A DNA stretch of 64,000 nt from Podarcis vaucheri (Eukaryota): the NCBI GenBank assembly GCA_965113315.1, contig OZ220372.1, one strand, 5' to 3'. The position numbers and the translations under genes are program-made. Each line of letters opens with the position of its first letter. Position 1 is the first letter of the stretch. Of this stretch, positions 27,264 to 40,858 are shown one piece after another. Below the pieces are notes generated by a model. That model did not search any database. It saw only the letters and a program-made list of their open reading frames with translations, and was not told where the DNA came from.

Positions 27264-28086
27264 GTATGTTGATATGTCCTTTAAGGAACCATAGGGCTGT
27301 ATCCCTTTCTCTCCCCCCCCTCGAAGGTTTAAAATGAGTAACAATTTAAAACATAAAACATAATATATTCTCATGAGGCCCCACCCTGTTTGGGTGGGGG
27401 GTGCCTCGGGACTGCAGTTTCCCCCCCTCAAAGTCACCACAGTCTAACAGAGAAGAATTAAGTACACCTGTGCCTCAGGTGTGTTCAGTTGGCATAGTGC
27501 AGTTCCCTCAGGGGTCTGGATCCGGTTCTTTGAGATCAAACAAGGAGGATCCAGGTGATGTGAATATGTAACCGGGAGTTAATGTTTTCCTTCTGAAGGA
27601 CACATTCATTTCCTGAAAATGACGTTCCTCCTTAAGATCCAATTAAAAAGAGTATACCCTAGTTTCAATCTTTTGGCTTTGGGATTGTGGGCTTTCAGGC
27701 TGCTAGCATGTTTCAGCCATGTCTGTTTTACACTACCAACCTGAACCTGATGGCTTTTGTCCTTAGCAAGCAAGAAGAAAGTATTGTTCAGAATTAAATT
27801 TCTAAACATGTAGAAATACATGCCATGTCAAAGAGTGGGGGGGGGGGGGAGAGAACAAATCCTTGAATGTCATACACTTGGATTTCTAAAATGCTGTTGG
27901 AAAATACTGAATTTCTAAAATACAGTTGATCAAATTGCTCACCGAAGGTTGAGAGTGTAAGATAAGAGAGAATGATTAGCTCAGGGTCAGCCACTGAGCT
28001 TCACAGCTTAGCCAACTTTGAACCTGGGTCTCCCAGTCCTAGTCTGCCACTAACCACTACACAAGAATGGTGCTCACTGTACAGTA

Positions 28087-28300
28087 CAGTGGTACCTCAG
28101 GTTACGAACTTAATTTGTTCTGGAGGTCCGTTCTTAACCCAAAACCGTTCTTTTGCTAATGGGGCCTCCCGCTGCCCCCGTGCAATTTCTGTTCTCATCC
28201 TGGGGCAAAGTTCTCAACCTGAGGTACTACTTCCGGGTTAGCAGAGTTTGTCACCCGAAGTGTTTGTAACCCGAAGTGTTTGTAACCCGAGGTACTACTG
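28087..28300. mobile_element. Tc1/mariner (Tigger/pogo-like) MITE, copy 1
   Basis: TA|cagtggtacctcaggttac ... gtaacccgaggtactactg|TA. Confidence 0.88.
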
Positions 28301-29205
28301 TAGTGAGGAGTTACAACAGTAAAATCCCAGAAAAATGTGTCTCTGGAGAAAATTGCTGCTGATGCTCCTGTCTACAAAATCCTTATAACAGACAGATAAG
28401 ATGACACACCCGTGATAAAGCTGAACCAAGTTGGGTCAGAGGAGTAATCAATTTAGATTAGCATTCTGTTTACAGCATCTAGGGGGTCACTGTTGGTAGA
28501 GAAGTTCATGAGTTGGGCATAGTGCTCTGGTCTATCCTCAGTTCCTAGCTGTGTTTGAAGCTCCCATTGTTCTGCGCGCATTTTGTGACAGGAACTTTCC
28601 TCAGCACAAGCAGTGCCTAAGATTTCAGATTAAAACTACAGAATGGAAGGAAAGGAGGACATTTTTCTGCCTCCCCACTTCTAGCTACTCTCTTAAGGAT
28701 GGAGAAAAGACCCTCTTAAGAATATTAGGGGGGTGGGCAGGGGAAGGACTAGACCATGTGAAAAATGAACATAATATTTTAGCTGCAGATCATTCATTTT
28801 CAGCTTTATAAAAGAAGCGTGCCTAGCCCATAACTTAGGTTTAAGGTGCCATTTAGCTCCTAGCTTTCATATCTCAGTTTCTAACACTGGTTCCTCGTTC
28901 TCAGGATCTGGAAGATAATAGTTTGCCTTCTCAGAACATATTTTGGGCTGCTGTGGCTGATAAGTCTAAACCTTTATATTTTTGTCTAGGTTTTTTGACC
29001 TAGAGCAGAAATGAGTTATGCCTTATATTCATGATTGACATTGCAATATATTATTGTGAATACATGTCTTGGGGCTGCCTTGTGTGTTACCAATAGTCAC
29101 TGTAGATTCATATGCCTATAAGGCATGGGCAGAATATAGTCTTTATCTGACTTTAGGGCTATCATTTCAAAGCATGACATATTCTTTAGGCTGTCCCAAG
29201 AGTTA

Positions 29206-29446
29206 CAATGGTACCTCGGGTTAAGTACTTAATTTGTTCTGGAGGTCTGTTCTTAACCTGAAACTGTTCTTAACCTGAAGACCACTTTAGCTAATGGGGC
29301 CTCCTGCTGCCGCCGCACCGCCGAAGCACGATTTCTGTTCTTATCCTGAAGCAAAGTTCTTAACCCGAGGTAATATTTCTGGGTTAGTGGAGTCTGTAAC
29401 CTGAAGCGTATGTAACCTGAAGCGTATGTAACCCAAGGTACCATTG
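29206..29446. mobile_element. Tc1/mariner MITE, copy 2
   Basis: TA|caatggtacctcgggtta ... taacccaaggtaccattg|TA; internal sequence shared with copies 1 and 3. Confidence 0.9.
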
Positions 29447-30240
29447 TAGTGCATTCACAAGTGAAGGACTGCTTTTGGAAGTGTTTACAGTTCTGATTTC
29501 TATGTCTCCTTTATTCAAGTCTCCACTTTCTGCTTAGATGACCAAACACAACATTGCACTGCTAAACGTGTATTGAGTTTTACAGTCCTTTGTGGTGGAG
29601 GAGTCTGAGAATATAATTTTCTTGACTCTAATGAAACGATATCAGAATTAGGAGATTTCCCCAAGGTAGGCAGATAAACAAACCTCCCCTATACATATAT
29701 GCAGCTCTCCCCACTCAGTTGCCAGATCCTTAGGCTCAGAACTATTAAATTTCTGTGAACAATTTCATGCGAAATAATGTAGCAGGCATAGGAGTCTCAC
29801 TTCTACAAACCCCACCACCCCGCACTCCCACTTCAAGGAAATACAACTAAAAGAATGTAGACAATATTTTAAATTCCCCAGCATTCAGAAAGCAAAAATT
29901 ATCTGCCACAACGTTTTCTAAATTTTTCATACCAGGGGACATAGGTTTGAGGTTGGAGGTTTTTAATGCAGTAATGTTGGGGGGACATTTCACTCTTGGC
30001 CTGACAATGTTACTTATTCCCCCATCCATCACACTGGGTATGTGGCACCCTTACAGTTTGTCTGATATTGCCTCCCACTTCCCTGTTCGCCTCATTGGTC
30101 AGGGCTCAAGGACAAGACCGTGATTTCTTTTTTTAGCAATAGTGATACCTCTGGGATTTCTTTGTGCCTATCGGTTGTAGCTTAAGGATGAGTCCCAGTG
30201 CATCCTTACTCCCTCTCAGGCTGAAAACAGTGATTGTATA

Positions 30241-30435
30241 AAGTGGTACCTCGGGTTAAGAAATTAATTCGTTCTGGAGGTCCGTTCTTAACCTGAAACT
30301 GTTCTTAACCTGAGGTACCACTTCAGCTAATGGGGCCTCCCACTGCTGCCACGCCCCAAAGTTCTTAACCCGAGGTACTATTTCTGGGTTAGCGGAGTCT
30401 GTAACCTGAAGCGTCTGTAACCCGAGATACCACTG
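30241..30435. mobile_element. Tc1/mariner MITE, copy 3 (internal deletion)
   Basis: TA|aagtggtacctcgggtta ... taacccgagataccactg|TA. Confidence 0.88.
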
Positions 30436-33400
30436 TACTGGTAAAGAGAGGGGATGAAATTCTTTAGTTTAATGTTCTCTGTCTATCCTAGCCATCACCT
30501 GAAATTCTTCTGATAAACATGTGCATGTTTCATGGAGCCTTAAGGTAGCACATTACCTTTAGCATTCACAGGTGGGAGGAAAGTCCTAAACCAACGCCCA
30601 AGCAATGCCGGATTACATTAGACTAGAAAAATGTTTTGCAATTCCCGTCTCCACCAAATTACTGGTTACCATTTACCGTCATTCTACTTAGGGTAAATGT
30701 TTTGTCTGGAAGGTTATTCCAGTGGCATAAAAGTAAAAGGGGAAGTGCACATGAACTGTGGTGCCTGTGGGTTTCATCTTTCCTTTTACTTAATTGGAAG
30801 CTTTGGTTTTCCTGGCTCTGACTTCAGCCACAGGGATAGAGCCTGCTAAAACTGCTTTTTTACTTCTTAGGCACACATGCATGAGCATGTGCCATTTTGA
30901 AACTTGGGGTAGACTCTACACTTGGAGCAGGGAAGCAATCAGAAATTCAGTTCTGATTTCCTGCTCGTACAGCATTTCCAAACAACATAAAATCAGTCTG
31001 GAACTATAAAATGGGACAGTGAAATATTAACCCTAGTTGTGGTGTTCTTATTACTACTGCTACTGCAGTAAGAGAGCTTTCCCTTGGGTGAATCATATTA
31101 AACGAGCCCTTTATCCTGTAGGGGACCTATGATTGCAGCTTCTGCAATATCCCGCCTCCCAGCCTTTCCCAGTGTCAGGTTCGATTGTTTCAATGTCATC
31201 TATGAAAGACTTAAGGCCTTTGCCTCAAGTGAATTTTCCAAAAATACATGAACAGAGAGAAACTGTGTAGTTAGCAGGAAAATGGGCCATGAGAGAATAT
31301 TATTACGTGGGAGGAGTGAAAAAGTCCCTGAAGGATCCAGCAACAGCCTGGAGGTCGGCTTTGCCCTGGAGCATGAAGCATCAACTTACGTTGTCATGCA
31401 ATCTGAAAAAGATCATCAGGACTGACAATGATGGCTGATCTCAAAGTGCTCTGCAAATTTTCCACAGCTGATTTCCAAAGTCTCAGATGTTCCTGACTGT
31501 AGGCCAGGAGTCACAATTAGTTGTGTAAAGCAGGACTTCTTTGCCACCGTGTGCACACAGTAGCCACAACTATGTGCTCCCACCTGTGTTCACTATGGGA
31601 CTTGCACACCACCTGTACTCTAGTTGTCATTGGGCTTGTTTCATTGAGCAAAACTCTTCAGAAAAGCAAGGGGCCAGTTAGTCTCTACAATGCTGAAAAG
31701 AACACCTAGGAATTATATGGCCCTTTCTACCTTGCTGTTCCATACTGAAACTAGGGCCTTGATGGAAGCACCAGCCATGTTGACTGGAAAATCCCCTAGA
31801 GCATTTATGAATCCCTTAATTCCATAAATGTGGAACCATTCTAGCTGGGCCCTCACCTTTGCAGGGAGTTCTCACCATCATCAGTGCAAACTATTTGGTA
31901 CTCTTGATTGTTGATATCTTCCAGGAGCTGCTTTGTGGCTTGGGAGCAGGGGTACAGTGTTACAGTGGTTCCCCTCATACCTGCAGGGATGCTACAAGGG
32001 AATGGCATAAGCGGACTTCTGTTCAGTCTTTGGCTCTTGAGCTGTGAGGTCCCTCTTGTCTCCCATTGAGGTTAGCATCTGTAAATGAAGCTGTTGAAAG
32101 TGCTCCTCCTAGGTAGTGTAAAATTTGTATTTATTTGTAAGCTGATACGTTCAGTCAATATATGAACCAATTAGTATATATGCTTGTTCAAGAAATATAT
32201 GAATTTAAAAATTGGTAAATTGATTCAATTCAGTCATTTAAATCTGACTTCTGCACTCTTATGTATTTAAATCATTGACTTAATTGCCCTGATTTAATGT
32301 AATCCACCCTAGGATGCACTTAAAATTCTGGTCCCAGGTGTTCAGAGCCCTAAGGCTTAATGATGTTTGTTGACAAGATATACAGACAAGATTTGTTTTT
32401 GAGAAAGCTGTGTGAAAATACAACCCAGTGTCTAATAAAACAAGCTAGGATCCTTTCTACGACTTTCTTACCTTACCTTTGGAAATATACCATTTATTTG
32501 ACTTGAAGCTAGCAAGAATTGTAAGCTGTTTTCACACACTTGAAACTGCTTCAGTATTTATAGGCTGTGTGTCATCTCAGTTATTTGTAAAACTTCCAAT
32601 CGTACCTTGCCTTCCTGTGTGGACTAGTCTATTGTAGAGGAAACAGTGTACCCTGCCTCAAGCGAATGAGAGAATCAGAGAATTGTAGAGTTGGAAGGGA
32701 CCACCAAGGTCATCTAAGGAGTGCGCTTATTAATCTGAAGATTATAATGATTCAGATGCGGAGCTGAAAATAGTTGCATTCAAAATTTGCTCCACTGTAG
32801 TGACTATTGAATTGCTGAAGTGATGAATGGGTAAATTTGCTTTTGTTTTTGTTGTTGCCAAATTGCAGCTGAATGGTCTCCTTCGAAACATAGGTCCCAG
32901 CTCTAAGGACAACACATTAAACCCACTTTAGGGGGCTAGCTGTTGGGGTCCTGCTTTAAGCTGGCAAGACAGCAACCAGCCCTTGCCAGATGGTATTAAA
33001 GGCATAGGGACCCCCACCCCCCCACGGGGGATCAGGGGACTGAACTATCTAGCTACTACTTTCTTACTGTATGAGTTCAAAGTCTAATTCAGCATTGTCC
33101 AAACAGTGAATACTGCTGGCCTAGTTAGTTCAATGCCTCTAGGGAAAGTCATGTTGTTTACTGTAAAATTTAGAAGAGTTGACAACAAGCCGGTAATAGT
33201 TACATTCAGATGGACAGGGAGTTTGGGGGTGGAGAGAGAGATATGAAGCTTATAAGACAGGCAACGGTGACCTCTTTTTATTTAATTTTTGTGTGTGGCT
33301 ATGACTCATACATTTTGAGTCAGTCAGTTCTGAAATCATTATGCTTAATGAAGCACCATATGCTCATATCCCCTTTGGATAAGAAAGGAGGCCTGCAATT

Positions 33401-33693
33401 ACTCAGTGGGATTTACTTCTGAGTAGACATCTATAGACTTGCACTGTCAGGATGGAGCTATATCTGCACTGTCCTTACATATGTTAAAGAAAGCATTTTT
33501 TATTAGGACAACCCTGTTTTTAATGCCTGTGGGGGGTTTAAGGCGGAGTATAGGAAGTGTGGCTTGTTTGAGTAAAAGAAATAGCACATAGGGTTGAGTT
33601 TAATGGAGAAGCAATTTAAAAATGGCAGAGCCACACCAGCATCTGGAAGTAGTGCAAGAATTTATGAATGCCAAGGGGGCTACTACCATAGCA

Positions 33694-33778
33694 TTCATTT
33701 GCCCTGTAGTAACCCATACAGTAATGCACTAAGAGTCTCTTAGTGCATTACTGTATGGGTTACTACAGGGCAAATGAA
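33694..33778. repeat. Perfect inverted repeat (42-bp arms, 1-nt spacer)
   Basis: ttcatttgccctgtagtaacccatacagtaatgcactaagag-t-ctcttagtgcattactgtatgggttactacagggcaaatgaa; arms are exact reverse complements. Confidence 0.97.
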
Positions 33779-36054
33779 GCATCTGGCCTCCATTGGTTCA
33801 GCTTAATGTGATGATTAGAACGTTCATCAACACTCCTTCAGCTGAGGGAACTTGTTAGTGGTGGAATTCAACTTAAGTTGAATTAAAAGTTCCCTTGTAT
33901 ATGGCTAGAGAAAGGCAAATAAGGAAGGAGTTAGGAAAGCTCACAGGAAAGAGGTCCCATGAGGTAGGGAAGCTAAAAGGAAGAGAAAAAAGGAGCAGGG
34001 TGACTGAAGAAATGGTGCAAAGCATGGAACGGAACAAAAATTAAAAACCTGAGGGAAAGGAACGGGGGAGGGGGAGAAGCCTGAGGAAAACATAAAGCTA
34101 ATGGAATTGGGTTGGCTCTGAAAAACCCACAGAAAGCCTAAGGATATAGGCACATAGGAAACTGCCTTATAGGGAGTCATGCCATTGGGTATGCACACTG
34201 CCTATTTCAGGGTTTCAGGCCAGAAACATTCCCAGCCCTGTATGGAGATGCCAGGGATTAAACCAAAGCCTGCCAAATAGGTGTTCTGCCACTGAGCTAC
34301 ATGTCAGTATGTCAGATGGAAGGGAGTTGACAGACTAGCAGGACATAGCTGACTTCCCCTGGTAAACATAAGGATGCCAAGGGTGATTGTCACTCTAGTT
34401 TTATGTTACGTCACGCCTGCTGTGGCAGCCAGTTTGTGACATGCTCACAGCACTCTTTCAAAATCCAAAATGTGTCCTGGTCCATAAAGTTTGGTGACCC
34501 CTTTCATAAGGTCTCAAGGCAAGTTGCAACATACTTAATGTAAACATAAATACTTTATACTATCGATACATTCATTAAAAAAACCACAACACACACACAA
34601 TTCATAAAAATATACAAAACAATCTTCTCCGTAATAGCCACAAGAAGCTTTAGCAGCATACTGACAGCAAAAAAAACCCACACACAAAACCCATCATCTT
34701 AGTTTATCAGAATGCCTGAGAGGAAAGGTAAGTTTTTAGCTGTCACTACAAAGATGTCAGCAAAGGTGCCAATCAGAATTCATTAGGAGAGCATTCCACA
34801 GACAAAGAGAACCACAACTAAAAAGGCCCTCTTTCTTGTCATCATCCTCCAAGCCTCCTTCAGAGAAGATCCCTGGAGACTTGTTCCTTCTATACACATT
34901 GTAGTTCTGTCTCTAACAGTGCTTTCCACCAGTTTTCCTAGAACTGATGCTAAGCTAGCCAGCCTGAAATTTCTGGAGTGGAGTAGCTGGAAAAGGAGGA
35001 TGCAAGAAGAGAGACATAGGAATAAAGGCACCTGCCTGTCCCCTCACACTCTCACCACCCAACAGCAGCCACCTGTTCCTTCACTCTCTTGCCCCAGAAG
35101 CAAAAGCTTTAAAACATTCCCACCCATGTGGTGTTGCATGTCTCCACTTGTTCTCTGTGCATGTGAAAACAATACCACCCATGTGGAAGAAGCCAGTATC
35201 AGTTGACTCTGGGAACTGTAAGGTTTGCAGGAGTACCCCCCGCCTCGCCCAAAAATATATCTCTGAGTAAAATATCCATAAGGTTGGGGGGGGGGCAGAT
35301 TCCAAAACAGCATAATGAGGACCGAGCATGCTCTGTGACCCTGGCTTGCTGACTAACTGCTGGGGTAGAAAAACAGAAAACCTGTGGGTGGCAGAATGGA
35401 ATGGAGTACCATGGAGGGGAAGGGCTAGAGTGACTGGAATAAGAGCACTCCACACCACAGTGCTTTGTTGCCCATTGCACTCTAGTCCACAAAAGCTTAT
35501 GCCACAATAAACCCATTCATCTTTAATTTACCGGAAGACTCGCTGGTTTTGCAGTGACAAACTGAACCTGGCTCTGCAATATCTTAACCTGGAATGTGAA
35601 ATGAGATTGCCTTTATAGATCTTGCAACTAACTCAGAGCGTATTAAGTAGTCAAAGGCTTCAGCTAAAGTCCTACTCAAGCATTTGCCTCAAAGTATGTG
35701 GGCTTAAAAGTGAGGAGGGGGCAGGGTGAACCAGCAGCCCCCACCCACATCTTACCCACCTGTGCCCTGCTTCACACCTTTCCTGTGTTGAAAGGGGAGT
35801 TCTAATTCTAAGTGTGTTCAAGTAAACAAGCTTGGAATCCTCTCAATTGGGGACCTCGATAATGCAATGTTACTGATCATGTGCATTTAGCTGAATGTGC
35901 TTAGAAACTCCTATAAACTTTTCCTCACAGTGCAAGGTGATCTGGCACATGCAGAGACGCTGGGGATGGAGACAGCATTTATCCATCCATCCAAATAATT
36001 TATAGTCCGCCCTTCCTCATGAAAGACCCTAGGATGGTATGGTCATGCATCTCC

Positions 36055-36056
<2 letters not shown>

Positions 36057-36100
<44 letters not shown>

Positions 36101-36110
36101 CCCCCCCCCC
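36057..36110. repeat. (CT)n microsatellite plus poly-C
   Basis: Direct inspection; about 200 nt upstream of the 36304 acceptor. Confidence 0.95.
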
Positions 36111-36303
36111 TCTTGCCAACATGCTTCTGGGTGGTTGCTGAATATGGTTTAAATAAAAGCTGACAACCAGAAGAAATTCAACAACTGAACATTCTTAACT
36201 GCATATTATAAAGGAAAATTTGCTAGCGAAATGAAGATTTTCTTAGAAAGGAGGATAAATGCAGTAGCTGACAAGGGGTAAATCTTCTCTTCTGTCTTTA
36301 CAG

Positions 36304-36357
36304 CAATTTGGCAAAATCCTTGATGTAGAGATAATCTTTAATGAACGTGGCTCCAAG
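36304..36357 (+). CDS. RBFOX2: RBFOX2 RRM exon (54 nt, phase 0-0)
   Basis: tctgtctttacag|CAATTTGGC...TCCAAG|gtaagt. Translates QFGKILDVEIIFNERGSK. Confidence 0.97.
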
Positions 36358-39300
36358 GTAAGTTTTGTTTCTATACCCAGTTTCTCTCTTTCTCTCCCCT
36401 CTCCCCTACCGCCCCTGCCCCAAGTTGACAAGATAGGACAGCTCCCTTCATAGAGAATAAGGCAGAACAGGAACTGGTCGTCATGTAATCGCGTAAAAAT
36501 TGCCATTCCTTATAATTGCAGATTTTGAGTGTAGCCAATATATTTCTTTCCAAATCCTTTCAAAATATTCCTTCAGAAAGATCAGGCACCCCAAATTTCT
36601 AGCAATAAAGGGTTTACTAAAGCTATCAGAGTCAGATTTTCCTTCGATTTCTCAAAGTTCCTGGTGTTTGGGACAGATGGCTTCTGTCCATTTAAAAATA
36701 ATAATCTATGAATAAATTATATGGGATAAGAGCTTTCACAGGCTATCTTGTGTAAAAGAAAAATTTCCACCCACTCTGCTAGCATAATGGACCCTTCAAC
36801 ATAGAAAAAATGTTGGCTTTTAGCAAATTACGGTATCTGTACAAGCTTCTAATTTTCTGGAACAGCTACTTGTGTAGCTATTCAAGATGCATCTGAATGA
36901 TAGTTTTTCAGGCTTACTACTAATTGAACTATCTAGAGAACAAATTGCAAACATTATGGTCACAAGTGCAGCAATTTTGAGTGATACTTGTCCTAACTGG
37001 TTCTCGTCATGAAACCATTGTCCCCTCACTGAAGAATTGATGTGATTCTCTCTCTGCCCAGTAGGTCCAGCACTGGAATAGCAGGGAGTGTTGCAGGTCA
37101 GGAGCAAGGTGCATTGGCAGAGCTCTGTGGGGGAAGCTTGCACAGTGCATGTCTATACTCTGCTTGACTTAATCAATGCTAAGTTTTCCACTTTTAATTA
37201 AAAATGAACATCTGTCCCATCCCCCCACCCCATCACATGACAGTTCAAAGGTGTACCGCCTAGTATTTTTTATATTAAAAAAACCATGGCCCGGTATAGA
37301 AGTGCCCCACTTAGATTTTTATATTTGGGTTCAAATTTGCATGCTGAAATTCATTTCTATGTGTTATCTGAAAACCAGAAAAGGGATTATTTTAAAATAT
37401 TAGCCACTATAATATTCTGCGTACCTTCGGCAAATTCTGTAAACAGAATTTAAACCCTTCATGGCAAATGATCTTTGAGCTCAGTTTATGAAAGTTTAAG
37501 ATAACATAAATGCAACACAACATGTGTTGAACTTGTGGAGAGATGCAGAACTATAGTGGGCGGCATAGAGCCCTTTATTCCTTTACCTATTTCACATGTT
37601 CTCCTGATCTCAGAACTGGAAGGGATGGAGTGCTTGGCTACTGCCCTTCATTAGCCATAGGCCACTTGACTATTGAGAAGAGTTAACAAGCTGGAAAGAG
37701 AACCACAGGCATTTAATTTGTGTAATGCAGCCTCCTGCAAAATAAGCACCTTCCCATTGCAACTCTTAATAGAGCATGAGCAATCTGCTGTGGTTGCATC
37801 TCTAAATATATTTCTCTCTGAAGTTAGCATAGGCCAAAATTGTTTATGAATTAGTGGTGCTTTAGTTATTATTGTCAGCCTTGGGGAAACTGACTCCCAT
37901 GTACAATCTCTTTTAAATGCCTAAAGGATGCAAAAGCAGCAAGCCTGTCAGAAAGAACAATGCACTTATCAAGGCCTTCATTTGACACTCTGCTTTAATT
38001 TTATAAACACATGTGATAATCATACTCATTTTATATAAACTTACATGACAGTCTCTGTTCTTATGTTCAGAATCTTCTATAAATCACAGAATTCTAATTA
38101 TGACTATTTAACAGTGCAGCCAAGAAAGCCCAAGACTTCTGGTTTTCAGTTAAAACAAGAGCTGTTAGTTATGCATTAACTTATGGGTATTTGCCCCCTT
38201 TTCTTTCATCCAGGCAATATTTAGCCCAACTAGTTTCTCCTATATTTGGTGGTAGAGTTTCTAACACCTGCCCATCGAATTCACAACAGTCTTTTATCAC
38301 TTGGCTCCAAGCTGGGGTCTGTTCTCTCAAAGATGGTGAATAGCTTCAGTGAAACTCAGGAAGCTCTCAAAGAATGTTTGTTGGTTATATCACGGAATAT
38401 TGAATTGGGACGCCTGGGATTTGCCCTTCTTTTTTTAAAAACAAACAAACAAACAAAAAACAGTAGCTTAGAATCCCCAGTGGTGGAACACAAATATTTC
38501 TAGGGCCCTTTCACTTGTCACCACTCCCCTTTCTTCTGCAAAAAGTATGCCAAAACTTGAATGCCTTTCTCCTACCCTGTGGTTTCTGTTCTAACCTAAC
38601 GATATGGAACCTCTCTCCTCTTCTCTCTTGGGAATCGGAAAGCAGATGCTCCTGCTGCCTGCATTGTGCTGTGTTCTCAATATTATCCCTCCCTCCCCTG
38701 GGTTTCTAAAGGGTATATTTTTGAATATGTATTTGATAAATGAATGTTAAAAAGGTGAATATGTAAAATCCAAATCGCCCCAGGTGTGCCCCCATCCAGT
38801 AATTGGGAAGGTCCTCCAGGGGCTGAGCATATCTTTATCCCTTCATAACTGTGGCAAAGGTCCTCTGCCAGAATTGTTCCAGTCTTGTGAAATTTTGGGA
38901 AGTTTCTGAAAAAATAAAGATGCATCTTACCCATTGGTCCATCTGAGTTGAGATGATAGCTTTTCTTTCTCTTGTTAAGCTGACATGCTAAGAGAAGCTT
39001 TCATGCATGTGTTAAATCTTACTAAAAACTGGCTCTCACTGGAGAGAGCCTATAGTTATGCACACTTTTACTGTATAAATATTGATTCTTCACAGGAGCA
39101 CCAAACATTTGAATTCTACAATATGCACAATTAAGGAGGAGATTATTGAAAGATCTCTAAGAAAGAAACCTTTTGAACAATTGAAATAAGAATTTCCTTT
39201 GTTTTCAGCCAAATGTGCCTCATAGTTTTAGTAATTTTCATTGCGCTTGTTACACTTCCCCTGGTAATGTGCCTACCAGAAATCATAGCTATTGTGTCTT

Positions 39301-40474
39301 AAAATGCTGGTTTGTTCCAGTTTGCCAGTGAAAACACTTAATTTCGCCTCCCAAATGAATATTTTGGTTTCCATGAGAATAAGTTTGATTTCCCCCAGTT
39401 TACACTAGGTTTTGAAAAATCCAAATTTCTTTAGAACTAGAACACTCAAACTTTGTGATAATGAACCTACTCAAATCAATACAACAATTAAAGCATCCAC
39501 CTATATTTAATTGGAAAGGAAAAGTGTGTTGATATTCTGTACCCTGGTCCAGTGAAGATGTAAGTTGGCAGGGTCAGGTAATTGAATCTCCCTCTGGTAA
39601 TTATAAATGAACAATAATTATTTGACTTTGGAGAATCCTTTCTAGTGCTACATATTGTACAAAAAGTGCATGAGAGACTGGCAAGACACTGTTAGCACTA
39701 CTTAAAATAGTAGCTTGAGAATCCTAGGTTCAACCTTTGTTTAGGATCTGTACACATGACACCCTACTGTATGTATATTGGACCAAACCAAAAATATGTA
39801 TGTGCAAGATACATGGCCCTGCTGGACTACTGTTCTGAATATTCAGATTGGTCCATGTGTATTTCATGACCAGAGAATGACTAGTAGGGATGCATTGTGT
39901 TCTGATGGCTTAGCCTTGCTCAGTAAAGGCTGTGGCTTCATAAAAACTGCTGTGCCATGGTTGCTGTTTCCATGTTATTTGGTTTCTAACTATGCCTGAG
40001 AATTACATGGTTGCCTTTCTGCAGCTTATTGCATGCATCAAATGACAGAACAGTTTACCTTAATTACTGATACTTTGATGTAATCAGGCAGTACAGCATG
40101 TGGGGCATAGGCATGTTCACGCTCAAGTCATTTTATAAAAAAATTAAAGATACAACAGATATGTTGTATGTCTCTTTACTTACAGAAAGTATCTAGTACA
40201 GGGAAACAAGTGATCTTGCACTGTTCTGCTCAGGGGTTTTTAATTGGGTTGGCTCAATAACAGAACTTGTTTCATTGTAAATTACTTTGGGTTGCCCTAG
40301 GCAAGATAAAATGACTGACAAATTCAATAAGCAACAGTGATAATCTTCCCTCATCATACATCTAAGGTGCATTCTAGTTTAGTCAATATTACCCCTGAAA
40401 TAGATATAATAAAAACAAAGAGCCTTGTAGCACCTTAAAGTCTATAAAATTATTGTGGCATAAGGGTTTCTCTC

Positions 40475-40858
40475 TGTCAAGGCAGGAGTCAAGAGCAGGT
40501 CAGCAGTAACTCACAAGGTGCCAGTGAAGTTAACTGTTTATTCCAAGAAACAAAACAATTCAGGCCTAGTGAGTACAGTAACCCTTTTCAATAGATTTTC
40601 CCCAATGTGGCAGTTGCAAGGACTGAAGGTCCCCACCTTCCCACACCTCTCTGTCTTCTTTTCCCCTGGGTCCTTCCCAAGCAGTCAGAGACTCTGACTC
40701 CTTGTCTGACTTTGCTCCACCCTCTTCATACCTCTTCTCCCTCTGACCAGTCATTGTTGTCCCACCACCAATCTCCTGGTTCTGAGCCTTCTTCCATTTG
40801 GGGTTCCCCAGTTGGCGCCTCCCACCACCATGCCTCTGCATCCAGCTAGTCCATGACA
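40475..40858. mobile_element. Probable solo LTR (Gypsy-like) within Penelope-like remnants
   Basis: TGTCA...TGACA inverted termini, near-TSD ctctc/atctc, internal TTTATT. Flanks (40418-40470, 41060-41110, 41712-41785) resemble squamate Penelope ends (gcaccttaaag.., gcatctgatga..agtccac..aa). Confidence 0.5.
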
